Positions 50,160 to 61,456 of a stretch of 64,000 bases of DNA are shown piece after piece. Location of the stretch: assembly GCA_964461915.1 (NCBI GenBank), contig CAYWVD010000001.1:725910-789909 (forward strand), read 5' to 3'. The notes under the pieces were generated by a model that made no database searches, was not told the origin of the DNA, and saw only the letters and a list, made by a program, of their open reading frames with translations. Origin of the DNA: an uncultured Candidatus Saccharibacteria bacterium. GTDB taxonomy: Bacteria; Patescibacteriota; Dojkabacteria; B142; OLB20. Every line of letters starts with the position of its first letter. Position 1 is the stretch's first letter. A program made the position numbers and the translations under genes.

Positions 50160-52340
50160 TCACGAAAGTTTTTCTAATTGAACATATTCAAGAGCTAATT
50201 CCTTTTTGCCTCCACTAAACTGAATAATTATGGTGTCGTCATTCATGTCCACAATAAAGCCTATTCCAAATACGGGGTGTTTTACTTTATCGCCTTTTAC
50301 TAGTGTGCTATTTGATGACTTAATAAAATCTGACATGTCCGGTTCTTCTTGTTTTGACCAACCTGCAAATGGGTCATTTGATTCAGGAGTTTCAATATCG
50401 AGCAAATATTCCGGGATATCGGTGACGAATCTTGAGACGGGATTTGAATTTATTGAGCCAAAATATACTCGCGATTCGGTATGTGTAAGGTAAAGTTTTT
50501 GTTTTGCCCTTGTATAAGCCACATAGGCAAGTCTTCGTTCCTCTTCCATTTCTGTAGGATCTAAATATGATCTTGAATGTGGGAAAAGACCTTCTTCCAT
50601 GCCTGCTATAAAAACATGGTTAAATTCGAGACCTTTAGCAGCATGGATTGTCATTAAGGTGACGACCTCTCCCTCTTCTGCGTCTTTACTGTTTTGGTCT
50701 TGTTCAATGAGAGAAACTTCGTTTAAAAATGTCTCTAATGCATTCCCGGGATCAAGTTCGTCATATTTTGTGGAGACAGTTAATAATTCTTTTAAGTTTT
50801 CTATTCTGGCTTCGTTTTCGGTAGTCCCGTCATTCAACATATCAAGATAACCGGTTATTTTTACAGTTTCTTTAATAAGTTTGGTAATAGTGACTTCTTT
50901 AGCTAAAGCTTTTAATTCAAGAATTATACTTCTGAATCTTGCAATACCTTTATCAATACGCTCTGCTTCTTCATCTGTAAGATCAAGTAAGTATGTAAGG
51001 GCACTTTTTTGTGCACTAGAAGCAGAAATCAGAAGCTCGCTTATCTTTTTTGGGCCAACTCCTCTTTTAGGCATATTAATTACTCTTTCGAGACTTAGGA
51101 AGTCTTGGGGATTATATATCAATCTTAGATATGCGAGAGTATCCTTAATTTCTCTTCGAGAATAAAACCTAACTCCCCCTACTACTTTATATCCGATAGC
51201 TAAATGTAAAAGGCCTTCTTCAATATTCCTTGATTGGGCGTTTGTTCTATATAGGCAGACTATTTCGCTAGGGCTTACTCCTTTTTTTATAAGTTCAGCA
51301 ATTTTATTACCAATCCAAAGTGCCTCATCTTTTTCATTTTGGGCATCATAAATGGTTATTTTGTCTCCATCGGCATTTTCAGTCCACATTTTTTTTGGCT
51401 TTTGGTTTCTGTTTAACGAAATAATTTCATTACTAGCTTCAAGGATCTTTTTTGTTGATCTGTAATTTTGCTCGAGTTTAATAACGATTGCTTCAGGATA
51501 GTCTCTTTCAAAATTTAAAATATTTTGTATATTAGCGCCTCTAAAACTGTAGATTGACTGTGCATCATCACCTACAACGCAAATGTTGCGATGCTTTTCG
51601 GCGATCATGTTTGCCAATTTGTATTGAGCATGATTTGTATCCTGATATTCATCTATTAATACAAATTGAAAGAGGTTTTGGTATTTTTCTAAGATTGATG
51701 GATATTCTTCGAACATTTTGACAGTCATTACTAAAAGATCGTCAAAATCTAATGCGGAATTTTCGGATAAGATTTTTTGATACAAAGGATAAACTTTTGC
51801 AACAATGTCGCCGATGTATCCTTGCGCTAATTTAGAGTATTCATCTGGCCCAATCATTTCGTTTTTAGCACTCGAAATATGTGCTAGCACTCCTTTTGGA
51901 GCAAACTTCTTCGAATCAATATTTAGCCTTTTCAAAGCCTCTTTAACAGCGTCAACTTGATCATTTGAGTCGTATATTATGAAGTTTGGATTTTTACCAA
52001 TTTCAAGAGCATTTGCCTTTAAAAGCCTAAGGCAAATTGAGTGGAATGTGCCTATCCATGGCAAAAATAGAGAGCTTGAAAAATTTGAAGTGAAATTATT
52101 TTTCCCAAGTAAGGCATAAATCCTACTCTTCATTTCGCTGGCAGCTTTATTTGTAAAAGTTACAGCAAGAATCCTTTCCTTTTCTGCAATTTTATTTTTA
52201 ATTAAATGAGCAACCTTATGAGTTAAAACTTTTGTCTTGCCACTACCTGCACCGGCCAAAATTAGTATTGGGCCATTAATTGTTTCTATTGCTTTTTTTT
52301 GTTCAGAATTGAGCTCATCCATAGTTATATATATTACCAA
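50160..52340 (-). CDS. pcrA: ATP-dependent DNA helicase PcrA/UvrD.
   Basis: Walker A AGAGSGKT, helicase motifs DEYQDTN, VGDDAQSIYSFRGA, C-terminal UvrD_C; 726 aa. Confidence 0.9.
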   Translation of the reverse strand: MVIYITMDELNSEQKKAIETINGPILILAGAGSGKTKVLTHKVAHLIKNKIAEKERILAVTFTNKAASEMKSRIYALLGKNNFTSNFSSSLFLPWIGTFHSICLRLLKANALEIGKNPNFIIYDSNDQVDAVKEALKRLNIDSKKFAPKGVLAHISSAKNEMIGPDEYSKLAQGYIGDIVAKVYPLYQKILSENSALDFDDLLVMTVKMFEEYPSILEKYQNLFQFVLIDEYQDTNHAQYKLANMIAEKHRNICVVGDDAQSIYSFRGANIQNILNFERDYPEAIVIKLEQNYRSTKKILEASNEIISLNRNQKPKKMWTENADGDKITIYDAQNEKDEALWIGNKIAELIKKGVSPSEIVCLYRTNAQSRNIEEGLLHLAIGYKVVGGVRFYSRREIKDTLAYLRLIYNPQDFLSLERVINMPKRGVGPKKISELLISASSAQKSALTYLLDLTDEEAERIDKGIARFRSIILELKALAKEVTITKLIKETVKITGYLDMLNDGTTENEARIENLKELLTVSTKYDELDPGNALETFLNEVSLIEQDQNSKDAEEGEVVTLMTIHAAKGLEFNHVFIAGMEEGLFPHSRSYLDPTEMEEERRLAYVAYTRAKQKLYLTHTESRVYFGSINSNPVSRFVTDIPEYLLDIETPESNDPFAGWSKQEEPDMSDFIKSSNSTLVKGDKVKHPVFGIGFIVDMNDDTIIIQFSGGKKELALEYVQLEKLS

Positions 52341-52382
52341 AAAATAGTTAAATAATTCTTAAAAAAATGTAAAATAGATTAA

Positions 52383-54215
52383 ATGAAAAACTTAAAACTT
52401 TTAGTATTATTTTTTGTTGGCTTTCTTGCCTCTTTTGTATTTATAGACCCAGTCTCTGCTAAGGAGATTGATCTTACCATTTCAAGAGATTATTTTATTG
52501 AGAATTCTCAAAGCATTCGAGTAGTAGAAAAGCACATAATCAAAAACAACAGTCAGACTAATCTAATTGATAAAAATAATACAGATAAATTTATAATCTC
52601 CCATTTAAAATCTAATGTTGATAATTTAAAAAAATCCGTTGAATCTGCAAAGATCTTAATCGATGGAGTGGAAAGAGATTTCACTGTTGAATATGATGAA
52701 GAGGTGGCTATCCTTTCTGTAAAATTTCCAAGAAATATTGGTAGAAATGATGATATGGTTTTTGAACTTCAATATCAAAATTATGGGCTTATCGAAACAA
52801 CCGGAGCTTTGATTGATATTTATGCTTCAGGAATTTCAGAGGACTCTTTAAGCAAAAATCCAAATCAGGGGCTTACTTTTAGGACTAATATTAATATTTT
52901 AAAAGGAGTATTTGGTGACACAAATTTTGTTTTGCCCAATCAGTACAAGTTTTTGGAAAATGAACAATATTCAACTTACACTTTCGAACAAGATTCGTTA
53001 ATTGGGAGAAGTCTATGGATTCAATTGGGGACTAAGCAGTATTACAAGTTTAAAATTGTCCAAAAAGCCAATGCAAACAATAACTTGAACCTACCATTCA
53101 ACAATGAATATAAAATATTGTTGCCAAGAGATATTGATGGCGCCGAGATCTATCAAAAGATTCAAATTGAAAACATGTTACCTCTTCCAAAAGGTATAGA
53201 AAAAGATCCTGATGGCAACTTATTCGCCTATTTTGACCATCCAATGAATCAAAGTGGGGATATTTTACTAGAGGGGTATGTAGAAGTTGGAATAAATTCA
53301 GAAAAGGTAACCGAACAAAACAGTGGAAGCCTTAATGATTATGATCAAAACGAGGTATCTAAATATTTGGCCGAGGCGGAATTTTGGGAAGTAAATGCCA
53401 CCGATATTCAAAGGCTAGCAAAGGAGCTTAAGGCTGATGAAACAAATGTCTATAGAATAATCAAAAAGACTTATGAGTTTGTTGTAGATAAAATCGACTA
53501 CTCCAAAATTAAAAAATTTGGCATAAATGAGAGGATCGGAGCTTTAAAAACATTGAATAATGGATCTGGTGTTTGTATGGAGTACTCAGACCTTTTCTTA
53601 ACACTGTTAAGAGCGCAGGGTGTCCCTGCCAGAGCGGTTTTCGGCTTTGGATACGATCCATTAATAGATGCAGATAAGCAAGAACCTCACCAATGGGTGC
53701 AGGTTTTAATCCCTGGTCTAAACAAATGGTTGGATGTTGATATTACTTGGGGAGAAAACGGTGAGGCATCTGTGGGTGGAGCTTTAAATCATTTTTATAC
53801 ACACATTGCATGGCAAAGTCCTGAAGAACATTCAGAAGTTGTTTTAACTGGGGTTAGTGTTAATGATAGTGATTTGAGCCTTCCGACCTATGATATAAAT
53901 GCAGTAAAAGAAATCCCTTCTAACATAGACTCAATGAATCAAGACGAATTAGTTGCTACCTATCCTTTTAAACCTAATTCTGAAGTAGTGACATTTTTGT
54001 CAAAACTGCCTCAAAATGTCTATAACTTTTTGGGTAACTTTAGTGAAAATGAAGTCCTATCAATTGTGGCTTTCACAATAGGTTTTACTCTGCTTTTATT
54101 CCCCATACTTTATAAGTATAGAGATAAAATTAATTTTGGTGGTTCGAAGAACAACCAATCAACTGAAATCGAAAAGGAATTCGTTATAAAGGCTACATCT
54201 GAGCAACAGTATTGA
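52383..54215 (+). CDS. Transglutaminase-like superfamily protein, secreted with a C-terminal TM anchor.
   Basis: Signal peptide; catalytic-core-like GSGVCMEYSDLFLTLLRAQGVPARAV (Cys), HQWVQV (His), D; C-terminal TM. Confidence 0.65.
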   Translation: MKNLKLLVLFFVGFLASFVFIDPVSAKEIDLTISRDYFIENSQSIRVVEKHIIKNNSQTNLIDKNNTDKFIISHLKSNVDNLKKSVESAKILIDGVERDFTVEYDEEVAILSVKFPRNIGRNDDMVFELQYQNYGLIETTGALIDIYASGISEDSLSKNPNQGLTFRTNINILKGVFGDTNFVLPNQYKFLENEQYSTYTFEQDSLIGRSLWIQLGTKQYYKFKIVQKANANNNLNLPFNNEYKILLPRDIDGAEIYQKIQIENMLPLPKGIEKDPDGNLFAYFDHPMNQSGDILLEGYVEVGINSEKVTEQNSGSLNDYDQNEVSKYLAEAEFWEVNATDIQRLAKELKADETNVYRIIKKTYEFVVDKIDYSKIKKFGINERIGALKTLNNGSGVCMEYSDLFLTLLRAQGVPARAVFGFGYDPLIDADKQEPHQWVQVLIPGLNKWLDVDITWGENGEASVGGALNHFYTHIAWQSPEEHSEVVLTGVSVNDSDLSLPTYDINAVKEIPSNIDSMNQDELVATYPFKPNSEVVTFLSKLPQNVYNFLGNFSENEVLSIVAFTIGFTLLLFPILYKYRDKINFGGSKNNQSTEIEKEFVIKATSEQQY

Positions 54216-55995
54216 TCCCTAGCAAATTTAAACCGATTTCTAAAATTTCACTTGTAGAATCTGCAAGCATAATTCTAAATGACCTAATAGGTTCGTCAGC
54301 CTTGAGAATAGGATGCTGTTTATAGAATTGATTGAAAATCTGAGATAATTCAAATAAATATGTGGTGATGTAGTTGGGTGAAAGGTGCTTCCCTGCTTCG
54401 ATTACAACTTCATTGAATTCAAAGATCTTGTGCATTAATTGAACTTCTTCGTTATTAAATTCTAGCTTTTTAAATTGTTCGGATTTAAGCATTCTGTATC
54501 CGGTAGAGTCTTTTACAATTTTTAATGACCTAGCATAAGTGTATTGAAGGTATGGTCCAGAGTTGCCATCAAAGTTCACGCTTTTGTCTATATCAAAGGC
54601 TAAATAGCTTTTTGGGCTAATATTTAGGAAGGCATATTTAACTGCTCCTACTCCTACGGATTCGGCGGTTTCATCAATCGCCTTTTCTGGTAAGGAGGAT
54701 TTGGTTTTGATGATCTCTTTTATCATAGTTACTGCTTGATTCAATATGTCTTCACCTAATACTACATTCCCTGTCCTAGAAGACATTTTCCCTGATTTTA
54801 ATCCAACAAATTCATAGGCATTATGATATTGTTTCCCCTGAAATTTTTCAGGATCAAGTAAAGATTCAACTTTGAATGTGGTTTTGAAAAAACTGATTTG
54901 CTCAACTGCTACATTGTGAATGCAAAGATCAATATCTCCGAAATCATTAAACTGTAAACTGGCTAAACCTAATTCTTTTCCTTCGTAGGTTGGTAATCCC
55001 TGACCATTAAGGAATACTCTTGTTTCGAGCCCGTATTTTTCTCCATTGAAGATTACAGCGCCTTGGCTTTTTTCTAAAATTCCCTTCTCTAAAGCCAAAT
55101 CGATGAATTTCTTACATAAGGTCAAAGTTTCAGACTCAAAGTATTCTCTAACAAAAGTCGAGTCGACTCTTTTATAGATTTGATGGAATTTATCTAAACT
55201 CCATTTTTTACCTGTTTCCCAGAGTTTATTTGTGAGTTGATCTTCTTTTGTGTAGATTAGTTTATTAATTTCTTTGATCTCATTTTGATGAACTTCGTCA
55301 TTGAAAGCGCTTGCGCCTTCGGCGTAACACTTGGCTAATAGGGCAACTCTTTCTGTTGTGTCTGTTGGGAAATCTTTTTCTTGGATTTTTTTAAAAGACC
55401 ATAAACATTTGGCAATATGCATACCAACATCGCCTTGGTAATTAACCCGGATAACTTCTGCGCCCATTTTTTCAAGGATTCTTATCAGGCTTTCACCCAG
55501 GATAATATTTCGCAAATGACCGATGTGAAAAGCTTTAAAAGGATTTGGGTGCGCATATTCAAACATAATTCTTTTCCCTTTTAAAATGTTCTCTTGCGAA
55601 TAGTCGTTCCTAATTGTTAAAACTTTAATAATTTCTAGAAAAAGAACTAGCTGAGAAAGTTTAAAGTTAATAAAACCGGGCTTGGCTATTGAAATTTCAT
55701 CAACAATATCTTTAAGATTATCGTCTTTTTTAAGCTTTTCAATGATCTCTGTAGCTAAATCCATTGGATTTTGTTCGCGATTTTTTGAAAGTATCATTGC
55801 GATATTTGTGGAATAATCGCCAAATGTTGAGGACTGCGGCCGCTCAATTTCAATGTCAATTTCTCCATTACCCAGCACTTTATTCAAGGATGATTTAATT
55901 ATACTTTGGACATTTTTCGCGTCATCCCAGGAACCGGCCTTGACTAACGAAATTGAAGGATCGTTGTAAAAAGAATTCTTTTGATTATTATTCAT
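54193..55995 (-). CDS. argS: Arginyl-tRNA synthetase.
   Basis: HIGH-type FHIGHLRNIILGE, DALR anticodon-binding C-terminus, 600 aa. Confidence 0.85.
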   Translation of the reverse strand: MNNNQKNSFYNDPSISLVKAGSWDDAKNVQSIIKSSLNKVLGNGEIDIEIERPQSSTFGDYSTNIAMILSKNREQNPMDLATEIIEKLKKDDNLKDIVDEISIAKPGFINFKLSQLVLFLEIIKVLTIRNDYSQENILKGKRIMFEYAHPNPFKAFHIGHLRNIILGESLIRILEKMGAEVIRVNYQGDVGMHIAKCLWSFKKIQEKDFPTDTTERVALLAKCYAEGASAFNDEVHQNEIKEINKLIYTKEDQLTNKLWETGKKWSLDKFHQIYKRVDSTFVREYFESETLTLCKKFIDLALEKGILEKSQGAVIFNGEKYGLETRVFLNGQGLPTYEGKELGLASLQFNDFGDIDLCIHNVAVEQISFFKTTFKVESLLDPEKFQGKQYHNAYEFVGLKSGKMSSRTGNVVLGEDILNQAVTMIKEIIKTKSSLPEKAIDETAESVGVGAVKYAFLNISPKSYLAFDIDKSVNFDGNSGPYLQYTYARSLKIVKDSTGYRMLKSEQFKKLEFNNEEVQLMHKIFEFNEVVIEAGKHLSPNYITTYLFELSQIFNQFYKQHPILKADEPIRSFRIMLADSTSEILEIGLNLLGINTVAQM

Positions 55996-56089
55996 TCCAA
56001 AAATATCTAATAGCCCTAATTATATTCTATTTTCATTAAATTTAGAAATATATGATAAAATCAAATAAGTATATATTCCCCTTTCATTT

Positions 56090-57841
56090 ATGGATAATCG
56101 TGATCAAATTGATGCAATAAAAGAAGCTCTCGATATTGTTGCGATTATTAACGGCTATGTTCCATCTTTGAAAAGGAGTGGCCGTAACTATTTTGGGTTA
56201 TGCCCATTTCATAAAGAAAAGACACCCTCTTTTTCGGTAAATCCAGACCTAAAACTTTTTAAGTGTTTTGGTTGTGGTGAGGGGGGCGATGTTATTAAAT
56301 TTATTTCAAGGATAGAAGGTTTAGAATTCCCCAAGGCTTTGCAACTTGCAGCAGACAAGGCTGGGATTGTATTAAAGCGATCGTTTAATCCAGAAAGCGA
56401 TAAAATTGCAAAGGAGAAAAAGCGATTGCTCGAGGCTAACGAATTAACTGCAAAATATTATAACTACTTACTTTTAAGTCACAAATTAGGCGAGCCTGGA
56501 AGGGCTTATGTTAAAAAAAGAAAGCTCAGAGAGCAAGAACTTAAAAAGTTTTTAATAGGTTATGCTCCAAATGGATTTAATAATCTAAAAAATTTCTTGT
56601 TAAAAAGGGGCTTTAGCCTAACGGAGCTTATCTCTTGGGGCCTTCTTGTTGAGAAAAATGGAAAGATTTACGATAAGTTTCGAAACAGATTAATGTTTAC
56701 AATTGTTGATCATCAAGGAGATGTGGTGGGATTCTCAGGTAGGCTTATTGATCCCGAAGGGCTTGGACCCAAATACTTAAATTCACCCGAAACCATTGTT
56801 TATAAAAAGAGTAAAACTCTTTTTGGCCTTTATCATGCAAAAGATTCAATGCGCAAGGAATCTTTTGTTGTGCTGGTTGAAGGGAATGTGGATATTTTAT
56901 CATCACATAAAGTTGGAATTGAAAATATTGTTGCTCCGCTTGGAACCGCTTTGACTATCGATCAAGTTAAACTAATAAAAAGGTATTGCGACTCAATATA
57001 TTTTGCTTTAGACACAGATTCTGCAGGGCAGAAGGCACTTGAAAGAGATTTGCCCCTAATTGATCAGGCTCAGCTGAAAGCTTTTGTCCTTGATCTAGGT
57101 AAGTACAAAGATGTAGACGAACTTATTGTCGCTGGCGAAGATTGGCCATCTGTAGCAACTAAGCCAATAGAGGTTGTCCCCTATTTCATTGATTCTTTAA
57201 AAGATAAGTATGATTTTTCTAAAGCATTTTCCAAAACGGAATACATTAGGAAAATATTAGGATTTATTTCGAAAACAAACGATGTATTGTTACAAAATGA
57301 TTATTTGCATCGATTGCAGGGCGTAACTGCAGTTGACGCCCGTGTGTTAAAAAACGAACTAGAAAAAATTATTAAGAATCAAAAGCAAGGTACTCTCGAA
57401 GATGTAAAAAATCAGGACGAAATTGAAAACCCTAGGACAAAAGAAAAAGAAGTCCTCTCAAAGTACCTGCTATCGCTTGTTTATCAACATGTTAACTTTA
57501 AAAGTAAAATCAAGGAGATGGCAGACTATGCAGATCTCCTCGAAAATAAATATCTAGTCGTTTTTAGGGGCATTCTAGACTCAAATTTAACCCAAAAATT
57601 CTCTCTTTCTGACCAAGAACTTTATGAAGAGGCATTGATGAGTCCGGTAAATATTTTCGAAGATTTTGAAAAATTTAAAAAAGAATTATCACAGGTAATT
57701 AATAGAATAAAAAAGGAAAATATTAAAGAGAGGCTTGAGACCCTGAGGTTGAAAACTCAAGATGGGAAGGGTAACGAGTCGCTTGTTGAATTACAAAAGC
57801 TCGCAAAAGAGCTTGCTGAAATCGACCTAGTGAAATACTAA
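56090..57841 (+). CDS. dnaG: DNA primase DnaG.
   Basis: Zinc finger CPFHKEKTPSFSV...FKCFGCGEGGD, TOPRIM domain EGNVD...DTDSAG. Confidence 0.9.
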   Translation: MDNRDQIDAIKEALDIVAIINGYVPSLKRSGRNYFGLCPFHKEKTPSFSVNPDLKLFKCFGCGEGGDVIKFISRIEGLEFPKALQLAADKAGIVLKRSFNPESDKIAKEKKRLLEANELTAKYYNYLLLSHKLGEPGRAYVKKRKLREQELKKFLIGYAPNGFNNLKNFLLKRGFSLTELISWGLLVEKNGKIYDKFRNRLMFTIVDHQGDVVGFSGRLIDPEGLGPKYLNSPETIVYKKSKTLFGLYHAKDSMRKESFVVLVEGNVDILSSHKVGIENIVAPLGTALTIDQVKLIKRYCDSIYFALDTDSAGQKALERDLPLIDQAQLKAFVLDLGKYKDVDELIVAGEDWPSVATKPIEVVPYFIDSLKDKYDFSKAFSKTEYIRKILGFISKTNDVLLQNDYLHRLQGVTAVDARVLKNELEKIIKNQKQGTLEDVKNQDEIENPRTKEKEVLSKYLLSLVYQHVNFKSKIKEMADYADLLENKYLVVFRGILDSNLTQKFSLSDQELYEEALMSPVNIFEDFEKFKKELSQVINRIKKENIKERLETLRLKTQDGKGNESLVELQKLAKELAEIDLVKY

Positions 57842-57884
57842 AAATTTCTATATAATAGGGTATATTTATAGTAATTACTCTTAT

Positions 57885-60230
57885 ATGGGGCGTCTAAGGA
57901 AAAAGTCAAAATTCACATACGATAGTAAAGAGGCTCGAACAGTTATAGGCTTGTTCTTCTTGCTTTTGGGGGTACTGACTTTATTGAGTTTATTCTTAGA
58001 AGACGCGATTTTTCTTGTTATTAAGAATGTATTTTCGAATGACTTGGCAACACTTGTATTTGCTTTGTTTTTGTTTGATCTTACCTTAGCTATTTTTGGC
58101 TCAAAATTCGCATTTTCTAGAAAAAAGAGTTTATTTGGACAAATACTCTTTTTAATTTTCTATAGCGCTTTTTTAAATTCCATTTGGGGTACAAACTATA
58201 AACTTATTGAAGGCTCCCCCGTTGAATATGGTGGCTGGATTGGTTTTTTTGTTTATACCTTTTTATCGGAGAATGTATTTTTAAACTTCACTCCTGTTTT
58301 TATTATGGGAGTAATATTCATCTCTATACCCCTTATATTCTCAATTACGATCAATGATTTCTTAAGTATTTTGGGTGGTGGTTTTCAAAAGATTGTCGAT
58401 TTTATTTTGCGAAGAAAAAATAATTCTGTTGATGAAGTCCAAAAACTTCCAGAGGATGCAAGTTTGGAGCCTCAGACATTTGGAGATTTTCAACGAAGAG
58501 CAGAGCAACAATTGGCCGTTTTGGGCAAGGCAAAAGATAAAGATGGTAATTTACTGAAAAATGGAAAAGACCTCGATTCCCAAAGCAATAAACCCCAAGA
58601 GCCAACAGGTCCACAAAACCATTCTGATTTTAAAAATGGGCAACCAAGCATCTCGATGAAGGATGCTAAAGCTACTGAAGGCGCCCTTATTAATGATTCA
58701 CTTAATTTTCCCAATTGGGTTTTGCCTTCACCAGAAATTTTAAATCCGTTTAAGAAAAAAAAGGTATCTCAAGAAAATATTAGTAGAAATGCGGATACTA
58801 TCGAGCAGACCTTAAAAAGCTTCGGAATTAAAGCCAGAGTCGTAGATGTAATGATCGGTCCTGCTGTTACTCAATATGCTTTGGATTTGGCCCTTGGTAT
58901 TAAAGTTTCAAAGATTACAAACTTAACTAATAATCTTGCTCTTGCACTAGGAACTCAGGCTATTCGTCTAGAAACGCCTATACCTGGCACTTCATATATT
59001 GGTATTGAGGTACCAAACGCCGAAAGAGAGACGGTGTTTATGAAAGAAGCGATGACTTCAATTATGGATTTTAAAGATAAATTATTACTCCCGTGTGTTG
59101 TTGGTAAGGATATTCAGGGTAAATTGGTTGTAATTGATCTTCAAAAAATGCCTCATATGTTGATCGCTGGAGCCACTGGATCTGGAAAATCTATTCTTAC
59201 TAACGGATTTATTAATAGTTTGTTAATGACGAGAACTCCCGACCAGGTTAGGTTTATCATGGTAGATCCTAAGCAGGTTGAACTTTCTGATTACAACGGA
59301 ATACCTCACCTTCTCACCCCTGTTATTACAGAGATGGAAAAGGTTCTGAACTCCTTAAAATGGGCTATAGCAGAAATGGAAAGCCGCTATACATTGTTCA
59401 GAGAGGCAAAAGTAAAAAATATTGAAGGATATAACCAACTAATGGGATATGCTGCTCTTCCATATATTGTGATCGTAATTGACGAAATGGCAGACATGAT
59501 GATGTCCACTAATCGTATTGAAACAGAGGCTGCCATTGTAAGACTTGCTCAAAAAGCTAGAGCTACCGGAATTCACCTATTACTAGCTACACAGAGGCCT
59601 TCGGTAGATGTTATCACCGGTTTAATTAAGGCAAATATTCCAGGTAGAATTGGAATGAGTGTAACTACAAATATTGATAGTAGGGTTATACTTGATCAAA
59701 CTGGAGCCGAGACTTTGCTAGGAAGAGGAGATATGCTCTTTAAAGATCCAGCAAAGCAAAAGCCTTTTAGAATTCAGGGTATTTGGGTCTCTCCTGAAGA
59801 AATCCAAAAAGTTGTAAGTTTTGTTAAAGATCAAGTTCAAGAAGTCGAATATCATGAAGAGATAACTAAATTCGGCGCAAAGGAACAAGCCGCAGAAGGC
59901 GCAGGTAAAGAGGGAGATATCAGTGCTACTGATGAAGAATTTGCTAATGCAATAAGAGTGGTAGTAAATGCACAAAAGGGTTCCTCATCGCTACTTCAAA
60001 GGAAATTAAAAATTGGATACAACAAAGCGGCAAGATACTTAGACGAAATGGAAGAGCTGGGCGTTGTCAGTACCGCCAACGGAAGTAAACCAAGAGAGAT
60101 ATTAATCACCGATGCAGAGTCATTTATAGCCAATCTTTCAGCTCCTATCGGGCCCGTATCTACGGGAGACGAAACCGAAACTTTACCGAAATCTGAGGAC
60201 GAAGAAATTAGTAATGAAGTACAAATTTAG
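57885..60230 (+). CDS. ftsK: DNA translocase FtsK/SpoIIIE.
   Basis: N-terminal TM, Walker A AGATGSGKS, Walker B IVVIDEMAD, C-terminal gamma winged helix (SLLQRKLKIGYNKAARYLDEMEELGVV). Confidence 0.9.
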   Translation: MGRLRKKSKFTYDSKEARTVIGLFFLLLGVLTLLSLFLEDAIFLVIKNVFSNDLATLVFALFLFDLTLAIFGSKFAFSRKKSLFGQILFLIFYSAFLNSIWGTNYKLIEGSPVEYGGWIGFFVYTFLSENVFLNFTPVFIMGVIFISIPLIFSITINDFLSILGGGFQKIVDFILRRKNNSVDEVQKLPEDASLEPQTFGDFQRRAEQQLAVLGKAKDKDGNLLKNGKDLDSQSNKPQEPTGPQNHSDFKNGQPSISMKDAKATEGALINDSLNFPNWVLPSPEILNPFKKKKVSQENISRNADTIEQTLKSFGIKARVVDVMIGPAVTQYALDLALGIKVSKITNLTNNLALALGTQAIRLETPIPGTSYIGIEVPNAERETVFMKEAMTSIMDFKDKLLLPCVVGKDIQGKLVVIDLQKMPHMLIAGATGSGKSILTNGFINSLLMTRTPDQVRFIMVDPKQVELSDYNGIPHLLTPVITEMEKVLNSLKWAIAEMESRYTLFREAKVKNIEGYNQLMGYAALPYIVIVIDEMADMMMSTNRIETEAAIVRLAQKARATGIHLLLATQRPSVDVITGLIKANIPGRIGMSVTTNIDSRVILDQTGAETLLGRGDMLFKDPAKQKPFRIQGIWVSPEEIQKVVSFVKDQVQEVEYHEEITKFGAKEQAAEGAGKEGDISATDEEFANAIRVVVNAQKGSSSLLQRKLKIGYNKAARYLDEMEELGVVSTANGSKPREILITDAESFIANLSAPIGPVSTGDETETLPKSEDEEISNEVQI

Positions 60231-60295
60231 ACTGAATAACTATTTTGTTCAATTTGAAACTTTATGAAACAACATGTGGAGTGGATATCTGTGTT

Positions 60296-61393
60296 TTAAA
60301 ATTGTACAAATAATTTTGGATAAATGTCTGACAATGCTTTTTTGAAGTTACCGTCAGTTTCAATTACTCCCTGCCCTCTGTTACCTTTCCCCTTAAATTT
60401 TCTTAATATTGGCTTTAGATCCAAACCTCTTAAACGATTTCTTATATAAATTTTCGATGAATTTCCTTTTTTTATCACGACCACTGTTATCTTTGCATCA
60501 TAAATTTCGGAAACTTTCATAATGTCAGAAATATTCAATTGTCGACCTTTTAAACCTGTTAGATCAAGAGAGGCTTCGTATACGCCCTCTCTCATCTTTT
60601 TTATCGAAGAATATAACTTTGAAAGGTTTAATAATTTATTAATTGATAAATTATTGTTGGATAAATGATATGCCAATTGGTAATCAGCACCGTTATTAAT
60701 CAATTCATTTGCAACCTCAAATATTGATGAATTTACATTTGTTTTAAAACCATCAGTATGACTGATAATCCCCGCTAGTAAAAGCGTGTAAATTTGTTTG
60801 GATTTAAAAAAATCTAGGCCAGAGTTTTTCATTAACTTAAAAACCCTTAAAGAGAAGCTCTTTGAAGAAATCAATTCTTCGGATGCATCGATTTGGTCAT
60901 CAATATATACTTTGTTTGAAAGAATAATTATCTTTGATATTTTCTCGTATTCGATTTTAGACATTCCAAGATTATTGAGCGTTATATCCGATTTATTACC
61001 AATGAATAATAAGAGATCAGGGGATTCGCTCTCTTCATTTACTTCAAGGGTTTTTAAGGTCGGAGTAGACTCACTCTTTGTCTGCAATCGTATTTTGTAA
61101 AGATTATCTGATCTCTCCCAAGTTATCGATTCGGGCGATATACCCTCTGGTAAAGAAAAAGTAAAAACCTTTGGAATGCTTGGTGACACAATAAGTTCAG
61201 GATAGTCTTGTATTTTAGATCTCCAAACTTTTGAACCAGATACATTCTTTTGAATTAATGTATTTTGATAATTGTTTTTTTTGAGAAGTAAACTTAGGGC
61301 TTGTCCTGCGAATATAGCATCTGAGTTGTGTTTAACTCCGGTTGCAATCAAAACATGCTTCTTATTTTTAAACAAAGAACGAAGGTTTTTCAA
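60296..61393 (-). CDS. Hypothetical protein, possibly a degenerate DHH-family (NrnA-like) phosphoesterase.
   Basis: N-terminus HVLIATGVKHNSDAIFAGQALSLLL weakly resembles the DHH motif block; catalytic DHH triad not intact. Confidence 0.35.
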   Translation of the reverse strand: MKNLRSLFKNKKHVLIATGVKHNSDAIFAGQALSLLLKKNNYQNTLIQKNVSGSKVWRSKIQDYPELIVSPSIPKVFTFSLPEGISPESITWERSDNLYKIRLQTKSESTPTLKTLEVNEESESPDLLLFIGNKSDITLNNLGMSKIEYEKISKIIILSNKVYIDDQIDASEELISSKSFSLRVFKLMKNSGLDFFKSKQIYTLLLAGIISHTDGFKTNVNSSIFEVANELINNGADYQLAYHLSNNNLSINKLLNLSKLYSSIKKMREGVYEASLDLTGLKGRQLNISDIMKVSEIYDAKITVVVIKKGNSSKIYIRNRLRGLDLKPILRKFKGKGNRGQGVIETDGNFKKALSDIYPKLFVQF

Positions 61394-61456
61394 GGATTTT
61401 CAACTATCTCTCTAGTAAATGGATATTGGGGGGTATTTGAATTATATCACAAAGTC